A stretch of DNA of 64,000 bases from Candidatus Obscuribacterales bacterium (GTDB lineage Bacteria > Cyanobacteriota > Vampirovibrionia > Obscuribacterales > Obscuribacteraceae), in assembly GCA_965228855.1 (NCBI GenBank), contig CBDDIJ010000003.1, positions 2,016,001 to 2,080,000 on the forward strand, given 5' to 3'. A program made the translations under genes and the position numbers. Shown piece by piece: positions 38,101 to 47,961 of this stretch (positions are counted from its first letter, which is position 1; each line of letters starts with the position of its first letter). The notes under the pieces were generated by a model. It ran no database searches. It saw nothing but the letters and a program-made list of their open reading frames with translations, and was not told where the DNA came from.

Positions 38101-40429
38101 TAATCTCATCAGGATAATCGACTGGCGAGCTGGAATTACGTTCTGGTCCTGCAAGCAAATCCCGCCTGGGAGCCGGTTCAGTTTTTCCGGATGCAGGAGT
38201 CTTAGCAGAAGCGGCAGCTGGTGCCGCGCCGGTCTTTGCAGCAGTGGCCGGTTGAGTACCAGGTTTGGCACCAGGACTGGTACCAGTTGTTGGAGTAGGC
38301 TTTGTTCCTGTAGGTCCTGTATTCTTTGAGCCTGATGGTGCAACGCCCGGCTTTGAGGCAGAAGAACTCGGTGCACCTGGCTTTGCTCCGCCAGGAGCTG
38401 TGCCGGCAGGCTTTGCGCCACTCGGTCCGGTTTTCGCTCCAGCAGGTGCTCCTTTTGCACCGGTCGCACTGGTCGGCGCACCGCTAGCAGGTTTGGCACC
38501 AGTCGGTCCACCGGGTCTCTGGGGGGCAGTTCCAGGCTTAGCGCCCTGAGGACCAGCCGGCGACTTCTCAGGCGCCTGGGCGATTTTTTCCTCCTTGGGA
38601 GGAACGTAACTATAAACCGAGGGCGGTCTGGCTTCCGCAGGCTTCGGCTCCAGCGCAGCCGACGCGGCTGACGCTTCAGGCTTAGACTCGAAATCAGTCG
38701 GTATCGGCATCGCAGTCGTCGGTCGCTTTACCAGCGCCGACAAGCGATTCATAGTTTTATCCGGTAAAGCTTCGGATTCCTGGTTGTTAGCCTGAGCAGC
38801 AGGCTTGCTGGTCTCTTTGGCAGGCGCAGGAGGTTTTTGCGGCATCCCCGGCTTCGCAGCCGGAAGCGGAGGCGCAGCACTCTTAACCCCGGCCGGGCCA
38901 GAGCCTGGCGGGCCGGGTGGCTTCGCGCCGGGCACGGGTGGCGGACCGCCCGCTGGTCTTGGGCCACCTGGTCCAGGTGGTGCGGAAGGACGGGCTGGTG
39001 CGTTCCCAGCGGAATTTTGGGACTGGTTGGGTCTGGCAGGCTCACCCGGCTTGGCAGCTGGAGCGGTCTTCGGTCCCCCGGGACCGACGCGGGCAGGCTG
39101 CAACGGTTTCACCGCAGGTGTGGACGTGCTGCTCTGAGCAGGCAAAGTGTTATTCGATATACTGGGAGAAGGCGGAGCAGAGGCTGGTTTCGCTTGTTGT
39201 TTGTTGACCAACCCGGACATCCCGGTAGCTGGGCGCGTTCCTGCTGGAGGGAGACCACCGCCGGGTTTTGGCGCGGATGGTGCTGAGCCGGGAGCGGGCG
39301 CGGATTTCGGCGGAGGCGGCGGCGGCATGAACAATTCCGGCATATCTTCCGGGCCGGCTTCGAATTGGGGACGCTTGGGCTTGTCCTCATCGATCAATCG
39401 CTCGCTGGGCAAGATTTCAAGGTCGGAAACATTCTGCTGCTCACGCGGCATCAATTTCGCTCTATCACTCTTTCCGAACTCGAGACCGGCGCAGGCCGCT
39501 TCGAGCTCTTTCCAGAACTCCCGCACGGAAGATTGGCGCTCGTCCGGCAACTTGCTGAGTGCTTTGGCGACGACGGCCTCGACTCGCTCGGGGAAGGTCA
39601 GGTCTTTTCGTACAGCGCCCATCTTGGGAGCAGGCTCCGTGACCGTCATGTACATCAATTTCATCAAGTCGTGGGCGAGAAAAGGTCTGCGCCCGGTGAA
39701 CATTTCAAAGACGATAACGGCCATCGAATAAAGATCGCTTCGATAGTCAAGTTCGAAGCCCTGACATTGCTCGGGGCTCATGTATGCGGGACTGCCAGCC
39801 ACGGTTTTAGGTTTGTTGAACTTGGCTCTCTGAGCGCTCTCGTGCGGTGTATCTGCGATACCGAAATCCAGCACTTTGACATAATCGCCGCGAATCTCGC
39901 TCTCCTCGAGAACTACGTTTTCCGGCTTCATGTCTCTGTGAATCAGCCCCTGCTCGTGCGCGTGCCCCAGAGCTTCTGTTACCTGCCGCATCACGTTCAA
40001 TACTCGCTTCGGTGGCAACGCCCCTTTTTGAGTGATGAGCTGACTGAGCGTGATTCCCTCCAGATAGTCCATGACGAGATATGGCTGACCATCGTCGGTG
40101 GTGCCTGAATCCCAGACTGTAATAATGTGGGGATGGCGCAGACGCTCAGCGGCTTTCAACTCGCGCAACAAGCGGTCGAGTGAAGCTGAATCTGCACCGA
40201 GATAGCTGTGAATCACCTTTACGGCAACTTCGCCGCCCATCATCAGGCGTGAGGCTTTATAAACAATCCCGCTGGAGCCCTTACCGATTACCGAATCGAT
40301 TACGTAGCGATCGTCAATTAGCGCACCAATCAACGGATCCTTTCCGACCGGCTCTAGAATCACCTGGTCTTTAGGACACACTTCTTCTGTGTCATTGAAA
40401 TACTGATTGCATCTAAGGCAAAGTTTCAT
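35120..40429 (-). CDS. Giant (1769 aa) membrane Hanks Ser/Thr kinase with ~1300-aa low-complexity linker
   Basis: CLRC...CPKD, GKGSSG, AVK, HRDMKPEN, DFG, SPEQ, TM ILAVVAVIALAGAGFMF near the C-terminus. Confidence 0.9.
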   Translation of the reverse strand: MKLCLRCNQYFNDTEEVCPKDQVILEPVGKDPLIGALIDDRYVIDSVIGKGSSGIVYKASRLMMGGEVAVKVIHSYLGADSASLDRLLRELKAAERLRHPHIITVWDSGTTDDGQPYLVMDYLEGITLSQLITQKGALPPKRVLNVMRQVTEALGHAHEQGLIHRDMKPENVVLEESEIRGDYVKVLDFGIADTPHESAQRAKFNKPKTVAGSPAYMSPEQCQGFELDYRSDLYSMAVIVFEMFTGRRPFLAHDLMKLMYMTVTEPAPKMGAVRKDLTFPERVEAVVAKALSKLPDERQSSVREFWKELEAACAGLEFGKSDRAKLMPREQQNVSDLEILPSERLIDEDKPKRPQFEAGPEDMPELFMPPPPPPKSAPAPGSAPSAPKPGGGLPPAGTRPATGMSGLVNKQQAKPASAPPSPSISNNTLPAQSSTSTPAVKPLQPARVGPGGPKTAPAAKPGEPARPNQSQNSAGNAPARPSAPPGPGGPRPAGGPPPVPGAKPPGPPGSGPAGVKSAAPPLPAAKPGMPQKPPAPAKETSKPAAQANNQESEALPDKTMNRLSALVKRPTTAMPIPTDFESKPEASAASAALEPKPAEARPPSVYSYVPPKEEKIAQAPEKSPAGPQGAKPGTAPQRPGGPTGAKPASGAPTSATGAKGAPAGAKTGPSGAKPAGTAPGGAKPGAPSSSASKPGVAPSGSKNTGPTGTKPTPTTGTSPGAKPGTQPATAAKTGAAPAAASAKTPASGKTEPAPRRDLLAGPERNSSSPVDYPDEITPALARAGATWADSSDSLDGNLGDIPERKISNLDWEGEIEALKTGSVAPINLDSGEPLHPAAGGGAWPVGVTPQGVPPAQPGYPGMNQSWPPGALPSMPGQPMMPPYDQSMSYPPGMMHPYMQPPGYPPPGYPMPPNQEVSGAYPLMPNYPPPGGDVSGSYQMPGYGMPPGQPYQYGMPAPGMPMMPPQGMPPGMQMPPGMPPQGMPPGMVPPGMPPGPGQMPPFMNPSPPGNDGALGRAIADDLRAEFGDSSTTIPSIQDQLYEDFLDEEPQVFSEPVEEKKPELKTAEKETKKEPTSSRTGLGALLGGDEIVTNGLDFSKDKDDYDAVALENALAAKSAAEAEELGDSLLALMDATEKERSGGFEAEKADRPDFSKSGSALETDFSGKANKEASEITESEKSDFSGKTDFSGKSDSVKADDKPKRRDDDEDAPVKPTGLAGLLGAIAAEDEDEPEPEEDAGTANAFADAVASSASVSSLTEKKDKSSSAFGQLLAAVKDDDEELEIAEPEPSEEEEGRENTLPKEAIQQALEDLLPEPPDKGIIKKPAEMKNPFEADDDLLGTPGVKPATADDEPASSEKDKEEKMGAAARLAAALSEDDEDDSPSSFGSDLSGSVVSGAMPQNPSTSTSDALSRLLEAASKAPSKPNESGSMSEIDKMAARVNKPQAKISRKLATQKSADAIEEPQPFGGFGGGGSGFGSGTGGGAAFGAGAGRTGGTGTNSSYSQDAVNARIAELNRKLEAQTTGRQNVELPPAPAPDPSVIGDSVNRRDVVNRIMEEAAMRHQYGADYQPPPSQPMAAKPTQSGSDFSASELEKVNSNRLASMAEAEQRRKKTSRSRRSGPRVPVGPILAVVAVIALAGAGFMFKDTLMSMVNGMMSGMATSQKAEDSSEKLLSQVNDLMAKGKLNDASKLLEAEEDANGLPAELSEKLDVIYLGIAKYMKNNGATNEALEKLKLIPPESSHYAEAQKLIKQYQKGGKKSSTSKRRRR

Positions 40430-40810
40430 CGTTGCTTAGGTCGCCCTTTCCTCTCCCTGTGCGGAATTAAAAAAATCCGTGCGGCTTTTTGCCAATCTCC
40501 CAGCTTCCTTGAATTAAGTACCCGCTCTATCCTCGAATATCGTCCTCAAAAGCCTTTATCGGACTGTCTCCACAGCACGATTGCCCGCAAGGGCTGACCA
40601 ACAGAGACTTTCAAGAGCGAGCCGGCAGATTAAGTTTTCGCCCGACCTCTTTACATAACGTTCTCACGCTAGTGATAAACGAGGCGAAGACCGATCTTTC
40701 AGGTCACTTCTATTGTATTCCCTGAAAAATACAAACAATACAGTATTAGAGTAGAACTGATTACAAATATGCGATTCTTCGAAGATTTTATGCAGCCGAT
40801 AATATTCTTG

Positions 40811-41977
40811 CTAGGGCATTGCGCTGCTATTCACAATCGTCGCGCTGGATGACCGCACGTACCAATCACCAGGATGGCGAGCGACTATGCCAGCCAGCTC
40901 CAACATTGTCAACGTGGCAGAAAGCTCACCAGGAGCCATTCCCGACTTGTAACACAGATGGTCGAAGTGAACAGGCTCACGAGAAATCAATTCGAAGATT
41001 TCGTTTTCTTTGCCGAACAACTGCACAATAGTGGGAACTTCATCCTCTCCATTCAAGGCAGATTGCCAGTTGAGTTCCGCCATGATGTCGCCGACATTCC
41101 TTACCAAGCTAGCTTTTGAGCGCCTTATCAATTCGTTGGTACCTGCCGACATCGGATTATCGACACGACCCGGGACGGCAAATGGAATATGCCCTTGAGA
41201 AAAAGCGATCTCGGCGGTGATAAGAGCACCGGACTCCAGACCCGCCTCGATTACGCAAACGCCTCGTGACAAACCGCTTATGATGCGGTTTCTCGCAGGA
41301 AAGCGCCAGGGTTCCGCTTTGGTTCCCGGAAAAAATTCTGAGACTATCGCCCCGTGATTACCATAGACGATTTTGTCGTACAAAGGTCTATTAGAAGTTG
41401 GATAACAAATGTCCGGTCCACAAGCCAGAACGCCGATTGTTCTACCGCCACCTTCCAGCGCTCCCCAGTGGGATAGGGAGTCGATTCCAATTGCCATACC
41501 GCTGACAACTGTGACACCGTGTCGAGCCAGTCCATTAGCCATTTCCTTGGCAATACAACGACCGTAGCTGGACGGCTTCCGAGTCCCCACAAGCGCTATC
41601 GAATAGTTGAAGAAATCCGGATGCAAATTTCCCTTGACATAGAGGATGAGCGGAGGGTCGTCGATACCGCGCAGCATTTGAGGATATAGAGGATGCGCAA
41701 AGGGATAAGGATCGACCTTCGCCTTTTTGCAGACGGACAGAAGACTTTCCGGATCGATCTTATCCCGGGCCTCCACAAACGCCTTCGCTACATCATCTCT
41801 GATCATGTTTGAAGTTGCGATCTCGCCGGTCTTCGCCTTCCATGCATTCTTGAGACCACCGAAATACTCGAACATCTTCATCGCCCGGGCGCGCCCTAAG
41901 CCGATTCCCGTCATTTGATCGAATGCCAGCCAGCATGCGACCTCTTCGTCATCCCATTTGATTTCATCGTCAAACAA
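40811..41977 (-). CDS. dprA: DNA-processing protein DprA/Smf
   Basis: DPPLILYVKG, ALVGTR, VSGMAIGIDS, FPARNRIISGLS, SGALITA, C-terminal winged helix. Confidence 0.95.
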   Translation of the reverse strand: MFDDEIKWDDEEVACWLAFDQMTGIGLGRARAMKMFEYFGGLKNAWKAKTGEIATSNMIRDDVAKAFVEARDKIDPESLLSVCKKAKVDPYPFAHPLYPQMLRGIDDPPLILYVKGNLHPDFFNYSIALVGTRKPSSYGRCIAKEMANGLARHGVTVVSGMAIGIDSLSHWGALEGGGRTIGVLACGPDICYPTSNRPLYDKIVYGNHGAIVSEFFPGTKAEPWRFPARNRIISGLSRGVCVIEAGLESGALITAEIAFSQGHIPFAVPGRVDNPMSAGTNELIRRSKASLVRNVGDIMAELNWQSALNGEDEVPTIVQLFGKENEIFELISREPVHFDHLCYKSGMAPGELSATLTMLELAGIVARHPGDWYVRSSSATIVNSSAMP

Positions 41978-42142
41978 AGTAATGCTTCTCCAAAAGGCGA
42001 AAGATGTTTATCATCAACAATATAGAGACACTTATTGAACTTTCCAACCCCAGCCGCTATTACTTCAAAATGCACAAACAGACAAGCGGTTTGAAGTTTG
42101 AGATGCTAGCATTAAACTGGGTCGAAAGCGGGGTTTCCAAAC

Positions 42143-44371
42143 TTGGTGCAAGTTCACCTATTTGCTAAATCAGAGATGAGTGACAAGAGGTCGGTGAGCG
42201 ATCTTGACGTAAAGCCGTTCACATCAACTCCACCTATTAGATCCAAACTCTTTGGATTGAAACAGCTAATTTTCTCTGCTGTGGTTATCCTGGCATTGCC
42301 GTTTACCGCTGATTGCGCGCACGCACTTTCTTCTGCAGAAACGAGCAAACTATCTGGTGTTGAGAAAGCGGTTTTCTTTAAAACATATGCCGAGGAAGAC
42401 GCGGAGAAACGTGTTGAGCGGCTTGAGAAGCGCTACTTCGGAGACCCACAACAAGGTGATTTATCGGAACGCCTGCAACGGATCTTCGAGCTGGCCGGAC
42501 CGGCCGCAACAGCGGAGCCCGCTCCAACAGCCGAAACGCCTCGCGGCAAGCCGGAAGCCAAAGCCCCGAAGAACAAATACCCCGGCGCCCAGTACCCGAA
42601 AAATGGTCCCAAAGAATCAGATATGGCCTGGGAAAAAGCATCGATGGCGGCCACAAAAGCAAGCGATCAGAATGTTCAGGAACTGTTGAAAGAGGCTCTG
42701 CGACTGTCTAAACGCAAAGAGACGGAACAGGCTATCGAGAAATACAATCAAGTGCTGCGGTTCGATCCACAAAATGCATTGGCCTATTTCAGTTTAGGCG
42801 TAATCTTCGAATCGAAAGGCGACATCGGACAAGCGCTTGAACACTATAAAAAAGCACATGACATAAATCCGGACAGATTGGATTACAAGAATGCGATCGT
42901 CGAACTCGAATCGAAAGGTGCTCAGGTAAACGCCAGCCAGTCTAAACAAGCAGAAACCAATGAACTCGCGAGGCAGGCTGCTGAAGCCTTTAAACGCAAA
43001 GAATATCAAAGCGCCCTCGGAATGTATAAACAGCTGGAAACACAATTTCCAAAAAATGCTCCGTACAAATACAACATCGGCACGATTTATCTGTTGATGA
43101 GAAATCCGATACAGGCGCTTGAATACTACGAAATGGCGCGGAAGCTAAATCCCAAGGAAGAACGCTACGTCGCGGCATGCGATAAGTTAAAAGCCACCGT
43201 CAAAGCAGACGAAGAGAAAAGAAAAGAAATCGACGCGCAATGGGACGCAAAGGAAAAGGCAGACCGACAGCGCGAAGCCCAGCAACAAAAGGCAGCCGGG
43301 CAACAACAAAAAGGCAAAGCAAACAAAGGCGGAAAAACCGCGAAAGCTCCACATGGCGTAATGCCGACGCAGCAACGACCACCGATGCAGCCCGGCTTTC
43401 AACAACAGGGTTACCCTCAACAAGCGGGCGGCGTTCCACAAAATCGACCACCTGTGCAATCATCCGGAGGATACCCACAACAAGGCTATCCGCAACAAAA
43501 CCAGATGCCGCCTGGCTTCAGCAATCAGCAAGCACAGGGATACAACCAGGTGCCGCCTAATTACGGACAGATGCAGCCGCAAGGTTACGGTCAACCTCAA
43601 ATGCAGCAGGGCTACGGACAACCCATGCAGCAAGCCGGTTTTCAGCAACAAGGCTATCCTCAACAGCAGCAGGGCTATCCTCAACAACAAGCGCCGCAAT
43701 ACAATCCGATGCAACAACAGGGATACGCTCAGCAACCGGGTTTCAATCAACAGCAGGGATACCAGCAAGTGCCGCAGCAAGGCTACGGACAGCCGATGCA
43801 ACAAGGATACCCACAACAGCAAACAGGCTATCCGCAGCAGGGTTACGGTCAACAGCAGCAACAGCCGGGTTATGGACAGCCGATGCAGCAGCCCGGGTTC
43901 AACCAACAGCAATACAATCCGCAAATGCAACAGCAGTATCAACAACAGATGCGACCGCCGGGTCAACAGGGCTATCAACCCAACCAGACAAATCAAACAG
44001 CCTACAATCCCGGTCAAACGAGCATCAGCGGTCTCACTCAGCCGAGTTACGGCGCACCGAATACGGCGGCACAACCACAGGCGGTGCCAAACATGGTCAA
44101 CGGCGCACCAACCGGCACCGGTCCAGATCCGCTCGCAAATCTGGGCATCATAGGCATTTCGTCGCCTAAAGGCGTCTCCGTCACCACCATTGGTATCGGT
44201 TCTCGCGCGGCAAAAGGCAAGATTGCAAAAGGTGATTTAATTGTTGGGGTCGATGGCATTACGGTCACGACAATTCAGCAAATAAAATCGGTGCTTGTGA
44301 AAAAGCAACCCGGCGAGAGCGCCCAATTCATCATCGACCGCAAAGGCAAAATTCAAAATCTGGCGATTTGA
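42143..44371 (+). CDS. Secreted TPR protein with Q/G/Y/P-rich region and C-terminal PDZ-like domain (start may be 42176)
   Basis: Signal-like ...CAHA, TPRs ([18 protein letters not shown]), QQGYGQP repeats, GDLIVGVDG (PDZ). Confidence 0.8.
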   Translation: MVQVHLFAKSEMSDKRSVSDLDVKPFTSTPPIRSKLFGLKQLIFSAVVILALPFTADCAHALSSAETSKLSGVEKAVFFKTYAEEDAEKRVERLEKRYFGDPQQGDLSERLQRIFELAGPAATAEPAPTAETPRGKPEAKAPKNKYPGAQYPKNGPKESDMAWEKASMAATKASDQNVQELLKEALRLSKRKETEQAIEKYNQVLRFDPQNALAYFSLGVIFESKGDIGQALEHYKKAHDINPDRLDYKNAIVELESKGAQVNASQSKQAETNELARQAAEAFKRKEYQSALGMYKQLETQFPKNAPYKYNIGTIYLLMRNPIQALEYYEMARKLNPKEERYVAACDKLKATVKADEEKRKEIDAQWDAKEKADRQREAQQQKAAGQQQKGKANKGGKTAKAPHGVMPTQQRPPMQPGFQQQGYPQQAGGVPQNRPPVQSSGGYPQQGYPQQNQMPPGFSNQQAQGYNQVPPNYGQMQPQGYGQPQMQQGYGQPMQQAGFQQQGYPQQQQGYPQQQAPQYNPMQQQGYAQQPGFNQQQGYQQVPQQGYGQPMQQGYPQQQTGYPQQGYGQQQQQPGYGQPMQQPGFNQQQYNPQMQQQYQQQMRPPGQQGYQPNQTNQTAYNPGQTSISGLTQPSYGAPNTAAQPQAVPNMVNGAPTGTGPDPLANLGIIGISSPKGVSVTTIGIGSRAAKGKIAKGDLIVGVDGITVTTIQQIKSVLVKKQPGESAQFIIDRKGKIQNLAI

Positions 44372-44385
44372 CGCATAGCCATATT

Positions 44386-45042
44386 TCACATTTTGTCGGA
44401 TTCTTTTGACCACTCAATGCTGGCCATAGCCTGCCGGGCGTCAGGCAAATGCTTTGAAAAATGCGGCTCCTGACCTTCGAAATAAACTTCCTGAATCTCA
44501 CGGCTACTGGCGTCCTTGGGTACATATAGACCGTGAAATTTTTTGCCGCCTTCCCGCCACTCACCATCTACTGACAAAACAGTTTTACCGTTGACTCGAA
44601 TTGTTTCAGCCGCATTTATTTGAAATGCGGAACTGTCACCGACATTGCCCAGCACCTGAGCATTGAGCGTTGCGATCTCCGCCGGCTCCAGTTTATGCGG
44701 TGCTTTATCGAGAATGGCTTGAAACTGCTGCGCCTCGCTACTTGCAATCGGAAAACCGCGATCGTAGAGCGCAAGTTCCGCCCCCTGTCCATCAGGAGGA
44801 AGGAATGATAAGCTTTTCGCCACTTCACCGAAGTTGGAATCACGAGCCTCTTTTCTCCACTCACGAGGAACGAGCAAGTTATCAATCGGTTCCATTCCGG
44901 CCATCGAACTTTCACGCTTATGCCCACTGCTACGCGGCAAATCGAAATCGTGAGCAAAAACATCAAGCGGCAGTTCCGAATAGGACTGCGCTTGCCTCTC
45001 ATTTTTATCAAGTCGAAAAATCGGCTCTCTCAGGTCGTCCAA
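44386..45042 (-). CDS. Hypothetical protein, possibly PsbP/DcrB-like fold; partner of the upstream protease-like protein
   Basis: AGGAG RBS, 39 bp after the 45082 gene. VPREW, VNGKTVL and AMASIEW pattern. Paralogue at 5207..5929. Confidence 0.65.
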   Translation of the reverse strand: MDDLREPIFRLDKNERQAQSYSELPLDVFAHDFDLPRSSGHKRESSMAGMEPIDNLLVPREWRKEARDSNFGEVAKSLSFLPPDGQGAELALYDRGFPIASSEAQQFQAILDKAPHKLEPAEIATLNAQVLGNVGDSSAFQINAAETIRVNGKTVLSVDGEWREGGKKFHGLYVPKDASSREIQEVYFEGQEPHFSKHLPDARQAMASIEWSKESDKM

Positions 45043-45081
45043 GGCTTTTATTCTCCTAAATGAATCAGTATTCGGATCTCA

Positions 45082-47865
45082 TTAGCGTCGATACCACACG
45101 AAAGTGCTACCGTCTCCACTGCTCGTGGAACTCATCACTTCATACAAATCGTTCAACGTGATGAAAACCGTTTTGTTCAAATCCTTGCCCTGAGCGGCAG
45201 CCTCAGCTTTGGTTTGAACGTCGTAGAGCGGATTCCAGGAATTGTCGACCGACACTGTTTTTGAAGCGGCATCATATCCGGTGACCAGGAACAAGTGCTC
45301 GCCACCAGCTGGTTTTGCTACCGCATTCGGATCTTTACCTTCATTTAGTGCCACCTGCTGTCGGTAGCGATACTCCAGAACTCCAGTATTTCCCTGGGTT
45401 ATCTTCGGAAGATCATTTTTGAGAAGCATCGCTTCTAATTCCTGAACCGATTTTTGCTTAGCCCCAACCAGATCTTTGAACGTGGTCTCATTATCAACCC
45501 AACGATTCTGATGCACCAGAAATCTATCAGTCAACTTATCGCCGGTCATTTGATTCCAGATGTCGGCTATTCGAGAAGGAAATCCTACTCGCGGGCTATC
45601 GTAAGGGTTAGCGGTACCATTTTTGCTGCTATAGAGAACCAACTGAGAGCCATCACTATTGGTGCGAATCAGGCGAGCACCACTATCGCTTCTACCGGTT
45701 GGCGCAACTTCTTCGTAACACATAGCACCCTTACTGCAGACGGAACCCAGCGGGTCCTTGGTATCGCGCTGCATCGAAATATTCACCGCGCACACATCCC
45801 ACAATTTCCCAAGCGCGCTGCGGCTTCCCGGCTTGGGAGGGAAAGTTTCCTCCGGGCTACCCGGGCGAACTCGCACAGATTCGAGCTTAGGTTTGATCGT
45901 GGTTCCATCAAGAGTTTCAAACTGTCCATCGTTGGCGAAATCAGCCGCAAGCTTTGCCACCACTGACGGTTTTTCCTTGAGAGCAATTCCCCTCAATGCG
46001 GTGACGCTGCAGGTGCTGTTGCTGCCCTGATCGTTGCGTCTATCATTGGCAATGTGCCAGAAAAGCTGGTCGGCATAATTAGCCTTCTCCGCAGAAGTCA
46101 TAACCGAATCGGTTCGACCATGCAATAAGCGATCTGCTTCCTTGAAGACCTTGTCTTTCTCCGTTGAAGAAAACTTACTCATCTCTCGAAACTTTGTGAC
46201 ATTGTCAATCAAGCGAATCTTTTGAAACGCATCCAGGTCATTGTGAGTGTATATATCCGCCTCAAACTTCTCGAGCTTTGCATAAGGCTTAGCGCTGTCG
46301 ATTGCACTATCGGAAAAACTTCCGTCTGCTGCACGAGTAAGTTTCAGATTCTTATTTACATGTCGTATCTCGCTTGTCGAGCCATCCGCAGCATATTCAA
46401 TCTGGACGTCGTCGTCACCGACTTTGACGCGGGTGATCTTTCCTGATTCCTTTTCGACCAGGGTTTTATCCTTGAGATTCTCCTTCTCATAGTGACCGCT
46501 AAGCGTCCTGACGGCGCGCTCTCCACCATCGACATCCTTATAAGAGTATGTTCCGTCCCTTTTGACTTCGACTTCGGTATTCCATTTTGCACCACTCGAG
46601 GATGTGTATTCAGTAGGTCCGGTCTTCTTCCAGATCGTCTCGGCGCCGTCCTTTTCCGCTATCTTTATCTCTTCCGGTTGTTTGAGAACATCTTTGTCAG
46701 TTCCGAAAGTCTCTTTGAATTTGAAGCTGAACTTAGTTTTGTCCGGATAAGGAACTTCTACAGACATAGAACCATCGGGCTTGTAAGACTCGTTGATGCC
46801 GTTGGCACGCGATTCGTCACGCAAGCCTTGTTCCGCACCGCTCAGAGTCGTTCGCGAGAAAACTCCGGTTTTCCCGTCGATTTCAACCTTCCCATGCCAA
46901 CCTGCGGCAGTGTTTGGACTGTTAGCCCAGATGTTATCCCCGACCTGGTACCAATCCGCGTTAGTTCTGACGCTGTGGAAGCTCTTAATCTTGTCGCCAT
47001 CCCAAACAATGTTTTTTAACCGACCGGCGAGTTCCGATGGATGATTGGCTTTGAAGGCATCGTCATCCGGATAAATGGACCTGCCACCATCAGTGGTTTC
47101 GCGGAGAACCTGCCCTCCGTCCACGGTTATTTTTACACTGCCGTCGAGTTGAGCTTCGACACCCGTTATTTTTTTGCCGGGCAAGTCTGAGTGCTCGCCG
47201 ATAGTGGCGCCGGTTTTGTCTTTGGCTTGCCAATCTCCGGATGCGGTGCGCTCGTATGTCCATCTGCCGTCAGCACTTACGACCGGCACCACTTTTGGTG
47301 GCGGGGCTATCTCGACGCTCTGAGCGGGCGGCGCCTCTTCCTTCTTTTCCTTCTCAGCGTTTTCCTTATCAATCCTGGCAGCAGGACTAGGTTTTGCAAC
47401 CGTAGCGTCGGCCACACGAAGCTGATCGATGGGGTCTAAGTATGATAATTCACTTTTTCCGAAATGCGATTTATAACTTTCCTTTTGAGGCGCAGAGCCG
47501 TTCTTCGATTTCGGATTGAGCCCAACAACGTCTAGAACCGGAAGCTTAGTGCCGTTCTTCTGAGCGCCGGATACATCGCCTGCGTCTAGAAGCGGCGCCG
47601 ACATACTGGCGCGCAAAGTTTCGGCGAGCGGAAAGTTTTTCACACCACTGATGAAATCAAAGAGGCTTGCAGACGGAAATCCAGCCGGTAGTGCAGAGCC
47701 CCGCCCGTCGGTCAACGTGGTCGGTTTTGTATCAAGTGAAGAAGGTGTCGGCGTAAACTCAGAACCCATCTCATCAAGCAGGTCCCGAACAAATACTTTG
47801 TGCACGCCATCATCCGCAGCAGAAGGCTTAGCGCCTTGCTGCGCGGTATCCAGTGGTTTTGCCAT
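45082..47865 (-). CDS. Large beta-repeat protein with C-terminal papain-like cysteine peptidase-like domain
   Basis: DQGSNSTCSVTAL (Gln/Cys), EHLFLVTGYD (His), VDNSW (Asn). Central W/G-rich beta-hairpin repeats. Confidence 0.7.
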   Translation of the reverse strand: MAKPLDTAQQGAKPSAADDGVHKVFVRDLLDEMGSEFTPTPSSLDTKPTTLTDGRGSALPAGFPSASLFDFISGVKNFPLAETLRASMSAPLLDAGDVSGAQKNGTKLPVLDVVGLNPKSKNGSAPQKESYKSHFGKSELSYLDPIDQLRVADATVAKPSPAARIDKENAEKEKKEEAPPAQSVEIAPPPKVVPVVSADGRWTYERTASGDWQAKDKTGATIGEHSDLPGKKITGVEAQLDGSVKITVDGGQVLRETTDGGRSIYPDDDAFKANHPSELAGRLKNIVWDGDKIKSFHSVRTNADWYQVGDNIWANSPNTAAGWHGKVEIDGKTGVFSRTTLSGAEQGLRDESRANGINESYKPDGSMSVEVPYPDKTKFSFKFKETFGTDKDVLKQPEEIKIAEKDGAETIWKKTGPTEYTSSSGAKWNTEVEVKRDGTYSYKDVDGGERAVRTLSGHYEKENLKDKTLVEKESGKITRVKVGDDDVQIEYAADGSTSEIRHVNKNLKLTRAADGSFSDSAIDSAKPYAKLEKFEADIYTHNDLDAFQKIRLIDNVTKFREMSKFSSTEKDKVFKEADRLLHGRTDSVMTSAEKANYADQLFWHIANDRRNDQGSNSTCSVTALRGIALKEKPSVVAKLAADFANDGQFETLDGTTIKPKLESVRVRPGSPEETFPPKPGSRSALGKLWDVCAVNISMQRDTKDPLGSVCSKGAMCYEEVAPTGRSDSGARLIRTNSDGSQLVLYSSKNGTANPYDSPRVGFPSRIADIWNQMTGDKLTDRFLVHQNRWVDNETTFKDLVGAKQKSVQELEAMLLKNDLPKITQGNTGVLEYRYRQQVALNEGKDPNAVAKPAGGEHLFLVTGYDAASKTVSVDNSWNPLYDVQTKAEAAAQGKDLNKTVFITLNDLYEVMSSTSSGDGSTFVWYRR

Positions 47866-47961
47866 TCGATTATTCGACGCCAGGGAAAGGGGTGTTGTCG
47901 CACCTCTAATCTAATGACAAGTTGTGAACAAAGTGTGTACTTTTCGAGGGAGATCTACGAT

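Noticed and set aside
35358..40108. Numerous plus-strand ORFs inside the giant kinase
   Set aside because: Shadows caused by GC-rich low-complexity coding sequence.
47925..47945. LexA-box-like AGTAC...GTTC on the minus strand upstream of the protease-like gene
   Set aside because: Half-site spacing (7 nt) does not fit the cyanobacterial LexA consensus.
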